Source of the DNA: Fibrobacteria bacterium
GTDB taxonomy: Bacteria; Fibrobacterota; Chitinivibrionia; Chitinivibrionales; FEN-1185
Direction of reading: 5' to 3'
NCBI GenBank assembly: GCA_037447435.1
Contig: JBBIGR010000014.1
Span: forward strand, 1-64,000
Length of the DNA stretch: 64,000 nucleotides
The notes beneath the pieces are model-generated. The model saw nothing but the letters and a program-made list of their open reading frames with translations, was not told where the DNA came from and ran no database searches. How positions within the stretch are numbered: position 1 is the first letter of the stretch; every line of letters begins with the position of its first letter. Below are positions 37,151 to 46,951 of this stretch, piece after piece. Both the position numbers and the translations under genes were made by a program.

Positions 37151-37668
37151 TCCATATTTGCGCTTGTTCCTTATTGATCCTCGCAGCGCTTATATTGCTT
37201 AAAATCGTTGCTATACCAATGGCCGTTTCATGCAGCACGGTTGCAGCGCAATCCGCCGTTTATCGTGGTTTGGTATCCGACAACAACCGGTACGGGGCAA
37301 TTAAAGAGCAGTTAATTCTAAAAAAATCCGCTCTTGAGGATACGCGTGCCCGATTTGCCCTGGCGACTTTGCAGACGGGCGATTTGTCGTCCATTTTGCA
37401 ATTACTCATATCCCGCGCCAAAGAATCTGATATACGATTTGTAAAAATGCTGCCCGAAACCGATAGCAAAGCAAGTCCAAATAGCTATCCCGTTGTTTTG
37501 GAAATGAACACATCGTATCATTCGCTTGGCCGTTTTATTGCGTCGCTTGAAAGTTTGCCGCATATTTTTTTGATACAGCGGTTAGCCATTAATTCCGAAA
37601 AAAACGATATCAACGTCCGGATGCTCGTGAGTTGCGTTCTTGCACAACAGCCAAAGGACGTAAAATGA
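37123..37668 (+). CDS. PilO/GspM-like protein
   Basis: N-terminal TM, coiled coil, YPVVLEMNTSYHSLGRFIASLESLP. Confidence 0.75.
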   Translation: MYRFIQNEIIHICACSLLILAALILLKIVAIPMAVSCSTVAAQSAVYRGLVSDNNRYGAIKEQLILKKSALEDTRARFALATLQTGDLSSILQLLISRAKESDIRFVKMLPETDSKASPNSYPVVLEMNTSYHSLGRFIASLESLPHIFLIQRLAINSEKNDINVRMLVSCVLAQQPKDVK

Positions 37669-38159
37669 TCCGCCAAAATAAACTTCGCTTTGTCCTGATG
37701 GCCGCAGTTACCGTTTTTGCATGGATCTTCGCAATTCGCATTACCGGCAGCGTCCTCAGTTTTCATCGCCCGGCAATTTCGGCGGTAAAGCCCGAAAGCG
37801 AAAATGCCTTTTCAGCCTCTTTCGCCATTGTCAACAAAGCCCTCTTAATTCCTGAGTATAAAGCGTCTCACTATAACCCGACTTTCGAAACGCCGTTTAA
37901 AACGGTTTCCGAGTCCCGGGCACAAACCAATCCGACTTCGGTAAAAACGCGCGTATTGCCGGCTCCCCGGCCAAGGCTTTCTTTGCAGGGAGTATTGTTC
38001 AAGTCCAGTCCGCTGTCTATTCTTGCGAACGAATCCGGCGCAACGTTTATTCTTGGTGTGGGAGACTCAATTTCAGGTCAAAAAATCGTTTCCATTACTA
38101 AAACCACTGTTACGCTCAAAGACAAATTCGGGACCTATGAACTTTCGGTAAAAGAATAG
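37665..38159 (+). CDS. PilP/GspC-like protein
   Basis: TM; ETPF; LSLQGVL...ILGVGDSISGQKIVSITKTTVTL; ATGA overlap with the PilO-like gene. Confidence 0.6.
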   Translation: MIRQNKLRFVLMAAVTVFAWIFAIRITGSVLSFHRPAISAVKPESENAFSASFAIVNKALLIPEYKASHYNPTFETPFKTVSESRAQTNPTSVKTRVLPAPRPRLSLQGVLFKSSPLSILANESGATFILGVGDSISGQKIVSITKTTVTLKDKFGTYELSVKE

Positions 38160-38171
38160 CGAAACACGGCA

Positions 38172-39575
38172 ATGGACGTTCGCAATGAGCACGGATCAAG
38201 CCTTACCATAGTGCTTATCTTTTCGGTTTTCGCATTAATCACCACTTCCGTTTATATAATAAGTCAATGGACCATCGCCAAACCCGGGCTATTGGCCCCC
38301 TCGTCGTTTCAAGCGCTTTTAAACGCCCGATCGGGCATTTGGAAAGCAATGGAACTTATGAACGCCCCGCCGCCCGATACTCTTGCCTCCATCAATACTC
38401 TTGGCACCAAATTCAACGACACCTTATTTGGTAAGCAAACGCAAAACATCGCAGACAGCTCGGCTTTGCCGCCGGACGATACGACCGATGTCTCGATTTT
38501 CAGTTCCGATTCGTTCGGAAAATGCAAAGTAATTTTCACCTATATACCTTGCTTTAAAAATTTGGAATCCAACGGCATATTTCGAATGCAATCAAAAACG
38601 GTTTCAGCCCGTTTGGGCGGCATTTTGCATACGTCGCCAGATACGGTTTGTTTTCTTGGTACTAAAATTCCACCACAAGGAGGCGGATTAATTGACGGTA
38701 AGGTCACCCAAATTCCCGATTCAACCTTAGGAGGACCCACTAAAAGTAAATTCATATCTGAGTTCAGAAAACAAGATCTTGTCAAGGTTATTTCTTACTA
38801 TAAAGCAAAATTTTCAAATACTAATGATTCTTTGTTTCAAAACTCGGTAATTACTATACAAGATAACGATAAAATCCCCACCATAAAAGATATTGTCAAT
38901 GGTCCTTTACTCTTAGATGGATCTCATCATGATTTGTATTGGAAAGAAAAACGTAGAATCCTAGTACTCGGTGATCTGCAAATTACCGGAACGGTTACTG
39001 TTGAAAACATTGAATTTCTTGTTAGTGGAAATGTTAATCTTTTTGACAATTGCGTATTTAGAAATGTTTCCATATTTTGCAGTAAAACATTGACAATTAC
39101 GGACAAAGCCGTTTTTTCAGGAAATGCCTTATCTCTTTATCAAATTAATGCTAGTAAACGAGGACGGATTGAGAATAACAGCGTACTTGTGGCATATAAT
39201 GAAAAAAAAGATACATCATCTTCCAGGATCAAAGTATTGTGCTCAATTTTTTTAACTCAAGAGGTACGATGCGATGGAACCGTCATTTCGTGTGGCAATC
39301 GGGCCGGGATAAAGACTGACAAAAATGTCATTATACATGGATCTCTTTGGTCCGATAGTGTTATTTGCCACGAAGGAACCCTTTTGGGGTTTATGCGCTG
39401 TAAAGAATTGATCTCATCCGAAGAACTCGATTCCCGGCAAACAAGCACACCACCACCTATTTCCGGAAAAAACGTAATGAAAGGTTCCGTTCGCAGGCTT
39501 GAAACAATCGCCGATTACCCATATCCGTTTTTTATGGGCAAACCGTCGATCGTGAGCTGGGAAGAGAGTATGTGA
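38172..39575 (+). CDS. PilX/GspK-like minor (pseudo)pilin with a repetitive beta-solenoid-like C-terminus
   Basis: NEHG|SSLTIVLIF class III-like signal; QALLNARSG; ends IVSWEE. Confidence 0.6.
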   Translation: MDVRNEHGSSLTIVLIFSVFALITTSVYIISQWTIAKPGLLAPSSFQALLNARSGIWKAMELMNAPPPDTLASINTLGTKFNDTLFGKQTQNIADSSALPPDDTTDVSIFSSDSFGKCKVIFTYIPCFKNLESNGIFRMQSKTVSARLGGILHTSPDTVCFLGTKIPPQGGGLIDGKVTQIPDSTLGGPTKSKFISEFRKQDLVKVISYYKAKFSNTNDSLFQNSVITIQDNDKIPTIKDIVNGPLLLDGSHHDLYWKEKRRILVLGDLQITGTVTVENIEFLVSGNVNLFDNCVFRNVSIFCSKTLTITDKAVFSGNALSLYQINASKRGRIENNSVLVAYNEKKDTSSSRIKVLCSIFLTQEVRCDGTVISCGNRAGIKTDKNVIIHGSLWSDSVICHEGTLLGFMRCKELISSEELDSRQTSTPPPISGKNVMKGSVRRLETIADYPYPFFMGKPSIVSWEESM

Positions 39576-39982
39576 TGAAGCACGCACGATACCAGGATGG
39601 TATGACCATTCTTGAGGCGCTCATCGCGATTCTTATTCTCGGCATTACGACAACGGCCATAACGAGCCTGATCGTAACCGGTGACAGGATTGCGGGCCGT
39701 CGCACAACGATATATACCGCAACGACCCTTGCGAAAAGCGAAATTGAACGTCTTCGTGCGTATGAGAAATCATTGGTGCTTCCGAAGGATACGCTATACG
39801 ACGAGGTCGTCAACGGCGTGGAATACGAAGTCAAACGAAACTGGATACCCAATGATACGATTTCCATGAATTCCACGGTTTTACATAGGGAATATTCCGT
39901 TTCGGTAACCAGAAAAATCAATCAATCCGTATCGGTCTCATTCAGGACATTGCAAGGATATTATGGCGAACCGACTCAATAA
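39572..39982 (+). CDS. Prepilin-type N-methylation domain protein (PilV/GspI-like)
   Basis: QDG|MTILEALIAILIL. Confidence 0.85.
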   Translation: MMKHARYQDGMTILEALIAILILGITTTAITSLIVTGDRIAGRRTTIYTATTLAKSEIERLRAYEKSLVLPKDTLYDEVVNGVEYEVKRNWIPNDTISMNSTVLHREYSVSVTRKINQSVSVSFRTLQGYYGEPTQ

Positions 39983-40517
39983 AGCACACGGAGTGACGCT
40001 TGTGGAGCTCATGATTGCGATTGCTATGTCGGGTATCGTCATTGGTCTTGCCATGTTTACCTGGACATATATTTCCCGGCACACGACGCTGCAAAAGCAA
40101 AAAAGTCTTTTTTATTCGCAAGCCGAGGCAATTGCAGCGGGAATTGCCAATACCGTACGAACGTCGCCGAACGTTATTTCGTACTCCACAAATGCAATAA
40201 CCTGCGTCGATAAAAATCATGGCGATACGGTCACGTATGAATTGTACGGGGACAGCTTGCGGAAAAATACCGTCGGTATCCCTTGTGTGGCCGAAGGCGC
40301 CCGTTTTACAACCTTTGCAATCGAAGAAAAGGCCATTCCAATTCAGTTGCCTCCCGGCGCTGTTTACGACGAAAAAAAGCAAATAGATGTCTTATTGGTT
40401 CTTACTCTCGGCATGGAAAACGGTACCGGATTATCGTGTACCGTTCCCATGCAAATCAAGGTAAAGAAACCGCTCGACAACACGGGAATATCCGCACGGG
40501 GACTTTGGAATTTCTGA
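39963..40517 (+). CDS. Prepilin-type N-methylation domain protein (PilW/GspJ-like)
   Basis: AHG|VTLVELMIAIAM. Confidence 0.85.
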   Translation: MANRLNKAHGVTLVELMIAIAMSGIVIGLAMFTWTYISRHTTLQKQKSLFYSQAEAIAAGIANTVRTSPNVISYSTNAITCVDKNHGDTVTYELYGDSLRKNTVGIPCVAEGARFTTFAIEEKAIPIQLPPGAVYDEKKQIDVLLVLTLGMENGTGLSCTVPMQIKVKKPLDNTGISARGLWNF

Positions 40518-40529
40518 TATTACATTAAA

Positions 40530-41060
40530 TCAATCGCCATATTTTCCGTTATACGATTCCCAATGCACGATTTCGTCCAGTTTTTTACGTTTCTTCGTCA
40601 CCGGGACGCTTGCCGGATAGCCAATCGGCGTAAACACGATCGGCTCGATCGTTTCCGGCAAAGTAAGAACTCTGCGGGCTTCTTCAAGATTGAAATTTGC
40701 GACCCAGCAGGTGCCCAGCCCCGCTTCGGTCGCAGCAAGCGTCAAATGATCCATTGCAATCGCGATGTCGATTTCACCGTAATTTTTACCGTCTTTTCGT
40801 TGCCAGGATTGCGTGATATCGCAGCATAAGGCGATAATTGCCGGCGCTGCGCAGAACCAGGGGCGTTCATAGACTGCGGCAAGTTTTTTTTTCGTTTCGT
40901 CCTTACGGATAACAATGAAAACCCATGGTTGGTTATTACATGCCGACGGCGCCAAACTTGCCGTTTCCAGTATTTTGAGCAACAGGGTTTCCTCGATTTT
41001 TTTATCTTGATACGTACGTACCGAATAGCGTTTTTTTACGAGTTCTAAAAATGTCGACAT
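40530..41060 (-). CDS. Nitroreductase family protein
   Basis: KRYSVRTY, APSACNNQPW, AGLGTCWV, PIGYP. Confidence 0.92.
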   Translation of the reverse strand: MSTFLELVKKRYSVRTYQDKKIEETLLLKILETASLAPSACNNQPWVFIVIRKDETKKKLAAVYERPWFCAAPAIIALCCDITQSWQRKDGKNYGEIDIAIAMDHLTLAATEAGLGTCWVANFNLEEARRVLTLPETIEPIVFTPIGYPASVPVTKKRKKLDEIVHWESYNGKYGD

Positions 41061-41088
41061 TCTTGCCTCCCCCTTTTGATCGATCCGC

Positions 41089-42579
41089 TTATTGCGGATT
41101 TATTTCGAGCGGTTTTATTTCCACATCAGAGTAATATGCTTTTAAAATTTCCCTGTATCCTGCGCCGCTTTTTGCACGTCCCAAGGCGCCTCGTTGACAC
41201 ATTCCGACACCATGACCGTACCCTTTTCCCCGTAATACTACCGTATTTCCTTTTACAAACGCCTCTGTTAAACAACTGCTCTTAAGAATAGGATACCCCG
41301 AAACATTTCGCCGAAAAGCAAAGCGGATTTTATCGCCCCCATACACAAAATCGCCTTCCGTTGTCGAAAGCCTGCATTCCTTTATTCTACCGCAATGGAA
41401 ACGCGAACCAAGAGATATTGAAGTAATACGTCCATGAAAGGGATTTTGAGGAAACGCTTCTTTTGAATATTTATTGACAATAAAGGTGAACTGGTCTTTT
41501 GTCCATAGTTCTTCCCAATCGATAGGCCCAGCTGTCGCGCAAAACGGTTCGGAACCGTCCCGAACGGAACGCAGATACGGCAGAGACGATTTGTTCCACA
41601 CGTCAGAAATATTGGCCGTGTTGCCGCCGCAGGTGGAATGGTAATATGCATAAATCAAGCTATCATGATAGACGATTACTTCATCAGTCGTCGCACGAAT
41701 CGCTTTATTGCATATTTCCGATTCGGCAGACACCCCGCCGTATACCTGGTCCGAAACCGTTGCAAGCATATCATATTGTCCGCCGCCGGCACTTTCCAAC
41801 AGTTTCTTATAAGTATAGGTACGAGCCGCAACAGCCTGGGCTTTGACCGCTTCAATTACTTCGTCGCTTCCTTTTCCAACCTCAAGCGGTACTACCCCTC
41901 GTAAATAATCTTCTACGTTCAGCATATTTATGATAGAACACCCATTTGACCCCGGTACAAGCAAAATGGACCCGCGATAGCTTTGCCCATCGACTCTTTC
42001 GACCGAAAATTCATTAACGCATATTAACGTACAGGGATATGCGACTTCGCTTTTCTCGCTTCCGTCGACCAGCACTTTGGCCCACTGCTGCTCCGAACGC
42101 TCGATCGTCAGTTTGCTGCAGACAGTCGGGTCCTTACGACCGTCGTGAATGCTCATAGTCATCGAGGCAACGATTTCAGCGGTTTTCTTATTCGCGCTAA
42201 GCAATATCCTTACAGTGTGATCGCTGCGCGAAGCCAGGCGGATACTTTGTTGTGTTGGTTTCCGCGGCGGCAACGATTCTAAAGATTCTTTATGATTTTG
42301 CACGCCGACGGTTGTGTCTGCGTCCCACTGAATGGTTTCAGCCGCGTGTTGCGTATCGGGCTTCAATGCGGGCGCGGCATCTTCGGAAGCGGATTCAACA
42401 GGTTCGGCTTCCGGCTGTTTTTGTTGCTGCTTGACTTCTTGTTTTTTTCGGATATTTTTTTCTGTGTGATGCGAGGTCTGATTGGTGTTGAAAAAACGCG
42501 GATTGGGCGTACACCCGCCAATGGTTAGGAGAACGCAAAGAAACATCATCATAATGGCTTGGTTTTTATAGTCTAGCAT
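41089..42579 (-). CDS. SpoIID/LytB-domain lipoprotein (lytic transglycosylase-like)
   Basis: Lipobox-like IGGC; EDYLRGVVPLE, KAQAVAARTY, DQVYGG, YHSTCGG, GYGHGVGMCQ. Confidence 0.92.
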   Translation of the reverse strand: MLDYKNQAIMMMFLCVLLTIGGCTPNPRFFNTNQTSHHTEKNIRKKQEVKQQQKQPEAEPVESASEDAAPALKPDTQHAAETIQWDADTTVGVQNHKESLESLPPRKPTQQSIRLASRSDHTVRILLSANKKTAEIVASMTMSIHDGRKDPTVCSKLTIERSEQQWAKVLVDGSEKSEVAYPCTLICVNEFSVERVDGQSYRGSILLVPGSNGCSIINMLNVEDYLRGVVPLEVGKGSDEVIEAVKAQAVAARTYTYKKLLESAGGGQYDMLATVSDQVYGGVSAESEICNKAIRATTDEVIVYHDSLIYAYYHSTCGGNTANISDVWNKSSLPYLRSVRDGSEPFCATAGPIDWEELWTKDQFTFIVNKYSKEAFPQNPFHGRITSISLGSRFHCGRIKECRLSTTEGDFVYGGDKIRFAFRRNVSGYPILKSSCLTEAFVKGNTVVLRGKGYGHGVGMCQRGALGRAKSGAGYREILKAYYSDVEIKPLEINPQ

Positions 42580-42711
42580 GGTAGTAATATATATATAAAT
42601 TATCTGCGCGGGACGCGCAGATAAAATCTGTGTTAAAACTATCCAATAACGAAGAAGAAAGCAACGGATTAGTAAAATACGTAGTAAGCCGCATCATTGT
42701 GCGGTTTTCTT

Positions 42712-43212
42712 TCAAGCGGTCGCGGCAAGTTTTTTAAGTTTTCCGCTGAGCAATTTTCTCTGTATAACCGAAATATGGTCTATTATAAGAATGCCGTTGA
42801 GATGATCTATTTCATGCTGTAATGCCCGTGCCAAAAGATCGTCTGCTTTATCGATGGTAAAGAATTCGCCTTTTTCGTTCTGGGCCTTTACAGATACAAT
42901 GGTTGGCCGAGTAATATCGAGGTGAATGTCCGGAAAACTGAGGCATCCCTCTTCCCGTTGCACTTCTTCTTCGGACTTATAGGTGAACTCCGGGTTTATA
43001 ATTACGAGCGGAGGATTTTCACCCTTGGTGGTATCGATAACCACCAATTGAATGGATTGGCCCACCTGCGGTGCGGCCAATCCTACGCCGTCGTATTCGA
43101 CCATTGTTTCATTCATTTCATTTACCAATGCCTTTAAAGCATCATCGAAAACAAGAACCGGCTTGGCTTTTTTTCTTAAAATCGGATTTCCATAATAAAC
43201 AACGTCGAACAT
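42712..43212 (-). CDS. def: Peptide deformylase
   Basis: GVGLAAPQVG, EGCLS, QHEIDHLNG. Confidence 0.96.
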   Translation of the reverse strand: MFDVVYYGNPILRKKAKPVLVFDDALKALVNEMNETMVEYDGVGLAAPQVGQSIQLVVIDTTKGENPPLVIINPEFTYKSEEEVQREEGCLSFPDIHLDITRPTIVSVKAQNEKGEFFTIDKADDLLARALQHEIDHLNGILIIDHISVIQRKLLSGKLKKLAATA

Positions 43213-43220
43213 GATTTAAA

Positions 43221-43610
43221 CTATCCTTTTTTCTCTGCTTTTTCTGCATCCGCTTTTTCTTTTTCTTCATTGACAATAGTTGCAATTGCAGATTTTTTAA
43301 ACTCAACAACGGTGTTCTCGGCAATTTTAACCATAACCGTCGTATCTTTTACATTGCCGACAATTCCCAGAGCACCGCCAATGGTCAGAACTTTGTCCCC
43401 TTTTTTCATATTATTGAGCATGTTCTGAGTTTCCTTTTGCTTTTTACGCTGCGGTAAAATCATCAGGAAATAAATGATCGCAAAAATGACAGCCATCATT
43501 ATAAGAAACGTCATTGGGTCCTGACCGCCTGCTTTCGGTGCGGCTTTATCTTGAGCAAACAATGAAAATGCGCTTATCGCTACAAGGGCAGAAGCAAATT
43601 TAGACTTCAT
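43221..43610 (-). CDS. yajC: Preprotein translocase subunit YajC
   Basis: YFLMILPQRKKQKE...KKGDKVLTIGG. Confidence 0.93.
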   Translation of the reverse strand: MKSKFASALVAISAFSLFAQDKAAPKAGGQDPMTFLIMMAVIFAIIYFLMILPQRKKQKETQNMLNNMKKGDKVLTIGGALGIVGNVKDTTVMVKIAENTVVEFKKSAIATIVNEEKEKADAEKAEKKG

Positions 43611-43912
43611 GAAGAATCCTTTCTTGTCCGGAAAACCGGACTATGATTAAATCCAATTATTGACTCTGAAAAACGAAATTAACATACGTAATTTTTCGAT
43701 TTCAGGCCAATAATATATGTTGCCCTTGATTAAAAAGTCAATGCTCACACACCCCGCACAATCCGACTCTCTAGACTTTAAAAAAATACAATACGAATTA
43801 ATTAAGATTCCAAAACCAGGAAAATCAAAATAATTACCGTCGTTTCTATACTGTTTTCGCATATCCCGGATTTGATATTGCATTTTTTATTTTCCATCGT
43901 CTTTAATTGAGT

Positions 43913-43940
43913 TAAAGTTTTTTTCGATCATACCCGATAT
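43913..43940 (+). promoter_or_regulatory. Sigma28-like promoter
   Basis: TAAAGTTT...CCCGATAT (TAAA-N16-CCCGATAT), 20 nt before the ATG at 43961. Confidence 0.55.
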
Positions 43941-43960
43941 AGTTACTTGGGAGCAAACCT

Positions 43961-44248
43961 ATGCGAATTGAGCAATTAATAGGCAATTACACCAGCCTTT
44001 CCGGGCAAAAACGGCCCTGGAAGGATCCAACAGGTAGTTATCCTAAAAAATCTTTTTTAGGCCGGGCTTCAGTTTTGGATATCGTTTGCATTAATCCCGA
44101 AGAAACCGAAGATGACTTGGCCTGGCTTGAATCATACATACGACAACTTTCATGTGAAGCGGTGCTTGAAAAAATCGATCAGCTTTTTTCATCTAACCAA
44201 TCTCCTGATGAGCTGCTGATAGAAAAGCTTCTTTTCGAATTGCTTTAA
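43961..44248 (+). CDS. Small hypothetical protein, possibly a divergent FlgM-like anti-sigma28 factor
   Basis: GGGAG RBS; MRI start, DIVCIN, helical C-terminus EKIDQL...LIEKLL. Confidence 0.5.
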   Translation: MRIEQLIGNYTSLSGQKRPWKDPTGSYPKKSFLGRASVLDIVCINPEETEDDLAWLESYIRQLSCEAVLEKIDQLFSSNQSPDELLIEKLLFELL

Positions 44249-44327
44249 CTAATAAATTCATCGGTTTTCAAACAAAATAAAAACCTGCACCCCCAAGCAA
44301 GGTAATTGTAATTATTTTCTGCATACC

Positions 44328-45554
44328 ATGGCATATGTATACTTTGCAAAATGGATACTTTTACCCTCCTTTGAAGTGCTTCTTAACGGCGCCATAAGTG
44401 TTGAAAATGGAAGAATCAAGGACATTGGTTCTCGTAGCCAAGTTCATAAAAACACCTCGGACCATGTAATTAATTTAGGCGACATATTCCTTCTGCCCGG
44501 TCTTATTAATATTCATACTCATTTAGAGGAAAATGCGCTTCGCGATATGCCCCGGCAAGAATCCGACACCTTTGCCGCCTGGCTCGCAAAACGCAATTCC
44601 AAACTTAAACAAATACCGGCCCATGCCATTGAGAAATCAATAGCATTAGGCGCCCGCGAATTGCTGTCGCATGGCATAACCGCAGTTGCCGACTTTTCTA
44701 AATTAGGCCTCGGCACAACTATTATTTCGCAAGAGGGAATTCGGGCATTTGTATTTCATGAAGCCCATCCGCAAAGCACGGAGGAAGAAAAATCGATTGT
44801 GGATATGATATCCAAGCGCACCGGACCTCATTCTCACGATCGCTACACGGGAATTGGTCCCTATGCTTTATTTTCACTTTCTCCCAAAAGCCATCGTACT
44901 ATCGCTGCGCTGGCAAAAAACGAGGGTTTTTTATACGCACTTCACATTGCGGAAAGCAACGAGGAATTACAGGCATTTTCCGAGCAAAGCGGCGACCTTT
45001 ACTTCCATATATCAAGAAAAAAGGGATGGCCGTACGGCGTCGTCCGTCGCGGCTCGATGGATTTTGCTCTACAAGAAAACTTGATACCGCAAAACGCAAT
45101 CTGTTTACATTGCAATTATTTAAGCGGTGCCGAATTCGAAAAGCTTGCGGCAATTAACGCGTCGGTGGTTCTTTGTTTCCAATATTCAAAAGAAATGCTT
45201 CACAAGGAATTTCCGCTTGATGTCGCCATAAACCGCGGCCTTAACTTATGCGTCGGAACCGAAAGTATTTCCTGCGAAAGATCGTTCAATCTATTTGACG
45301 AACTGTATTGCGCACGGAAACAATTTCCCCATATTAGCGCCAAACAAATGCTGCGATGGGTCACAAGCAATCCCGCGGCAGCGCTTGGCGCAGCCGAGAA
45401 CCTGGGCAGCCTGGACAAGGGCAAACTTGCGGATTTCATCGGCGTACGCTTTCACACCGACCCGGGCGAAAACATCCTCGAAGAGCTGATTGAAGGCGAG
45501 CCTGAAATTAGGCTTGTCATCATTAACGGCGAAGAAATAATCGCGGAATACTGA
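44328..45554 (+). CDS. Metal-dependent amidohydrolase (nucleoside deaminase-like)
   Basis: LPGLINIHTHLE, HIAES, HCNY, GTES, GSLDKGKLADF. Confidence 0.88.
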   Translation: MAYVYFAKWILLPSFEVLLNGAISVENGRIKDIGSRSQVHKNTSDHVINLGDIFLLPGLINIHTHLEENALRDMPRQESDTFAAWLAKRNSKLKQIPAHAIEKSIALGARELLSHGITAVADFSKLGLGTTIISQEGIRAFVFHEAHPQSTEEEKSIVDMISKRTGPHSHDRYTGIGPYALFSLSPKSHRTIAALAKNEGFLYALHIAESNEELQAFSEQSGDLYFHISRKKGWPYGVVRRGSMDFALQENLIPQNAICLHCNYLSGAEFEKLAAINASVVLCFQYSKEMLHKEFPLDVAINRGLNLCVGTESISCERSFNLFDELYCARKQFPHISAKQMLRWVTSNPAAALGAAENLGSLDKGKLADFIGVRFHTDPGENILEELIEGEPEIRLVIINGEEIIAEY

Positions 45555-45580
45555 ACACTATTTGAAAAGGCAATGGTTTT

Positions 45581-46048
45581 TTATCGGAATCTGTCCTTTC
45601 CGACTATTCTTTCAATTGTTTCAAAATCGACATTCTCCGCAATTTCTTTGGAAAACGATCGATCGAATACTATGCTTTTATCAAAAGGGTTGGTTGCATC
45701 AAGAATGTACACGGGTGTCGGATTATCCAGGTAGGCGAAAATCGTCGCATCTTCAAACGACATGCTTTTCGCAACCCTCGACTGTTTAACCGACGCTTTA
45801 TCGATCCAGCCGATATTTCCCTTTAAATCGCTTACCTTGAGCATTTCACCTTTGGCATCCATTACAAGCAGCCAATCATTCTCACTGACGGTAAAGACTG
45901 GTTCCTCTGCGGATATTTTGGGATTATTCAAAAAAGCCGGAACATTGTTTTGAATCGGAACGACATATTTACCCTGATTAACAGCAGCGCTGAAAACAAT
46001 GTTGAGACTTGCAAGAATTATTAAGGCGCTATAAATCGATATTCGCAT
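45581..46048 (-). CDS. Exported SH3-like domain protein
   Basis: AAGGAGG RBS; signal peptide; LKVSDLKGNIGWID. Confidence 0.55.
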   Translation of the reverse strand: MRISIYSALIILASLNIVFSAAVNQGKYVVPIQNNVPAFLNNPKISAEEPVFTVSENDWLLVMDAKGEMLKVSDLKGNIGWIDKASVKQSRVAKSMSFEDATIFAYLDNPTPVYILDATNPFDKSIVFDRSFSKEIAENVDFETIERIVGKDRFR

Positions 46049-46171
46049 GATACATCCTCCTTTCCGCAAAATCCTACGTCTTGTATTGGTTATTACGGAA
46101 CCGGACCTGTTGATATTTCGTTTTCCGGGTTTGGGGATGGAAGGGCTCGAAGAGGAAACGACAAAGTTTTT

Positions 46172-46722
46172 TTAAACGATCTCAATATTATATTTGAGCA
46201 ACAAATTCATCACATCGGGTAATGAAAATTTTGCTCCTTTATTTTTTTTTTTTCAAGATCGACGAAATACCTCTTGGCAGTGGTGAAATCGGCTTTTTCG
46301 ATATTCGACTTTTCAAAAAGCGTCTTATAAAGATCGCATTCCCGGAATACGACCGATTTTAGATTGGATTCTATAAAACAGGCCTCTTTGACCGAACATT
46401 TTTCGAATTTCGTATTCAACAAATTGTTTTTTTCAAATATCGCATAATCAAGAATGCAGCTCAAAAACGATACCCCGAATGCGAGTTGATTTATCTTGCC
46501 GAAATTTACACCCGAAAGCTTGCAATTTTCAAACGAGACATTATCGAATGTCCAATCGTCGCTTTTCATAAGCGTGCAATTACAATTGTAAAACTCACAA
46601 TCGTGGAACTCCAGAATTTCGGTTTGTTCCTTGGAAAAATCGCATCCTTCGAACCTTGTATTGTAGAATTCAGACTCCGACATGCAAGATTCGAGCGAAG
46701 TAAATACGGCTTCAACTTTCAT
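46172..46722 (-). CDS. Pentapeptide repeat protein, frameshifted near its 3' end
   Basis: F(E/D)xCxF / xxFxx pentapeptide repeats. The ORF-track stop is at 46210, but a family-like tail GAKFSLPDVMNLLLKYNIEIV continues in another frame to a TAA at 46172. Confidence 0.8.
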
Positions 46723-46951
46723 TAATCATCCTTTAATTCGATCTTCGTAAAATTTTCGCTATTTTTTTAAATATAAATGATTCGTTTATAATTTTTTAGT
46801 ATCGTAATGAACGTTTTTGAAATTGATTTATATATTAAAATCAATTCGCAAATTACTAATGATAAATATATTATATTAATCATTAGTTAGTTTACACAAG
46901 AAGACCCGACTTACGAGTCGATTTCTCTTTGATTGCCACAAAGGAGGAAAC

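Noticed and set aside
43647..43883. 78-aa ORF upstream of yajC
   Set aside because: AT-rich promoter region with no RBS or protein-like features.
44328..45554. GTES in place of GTDS in the amidohydrolase as a sign of novel chemistry
   Set aside because: A conservative acidic change with the other metal ligands intact; not enough on its own.
46823..46844. FNR box
   Set aside because: TTGAT...ATCAA spacing is 12 nt, not 4.
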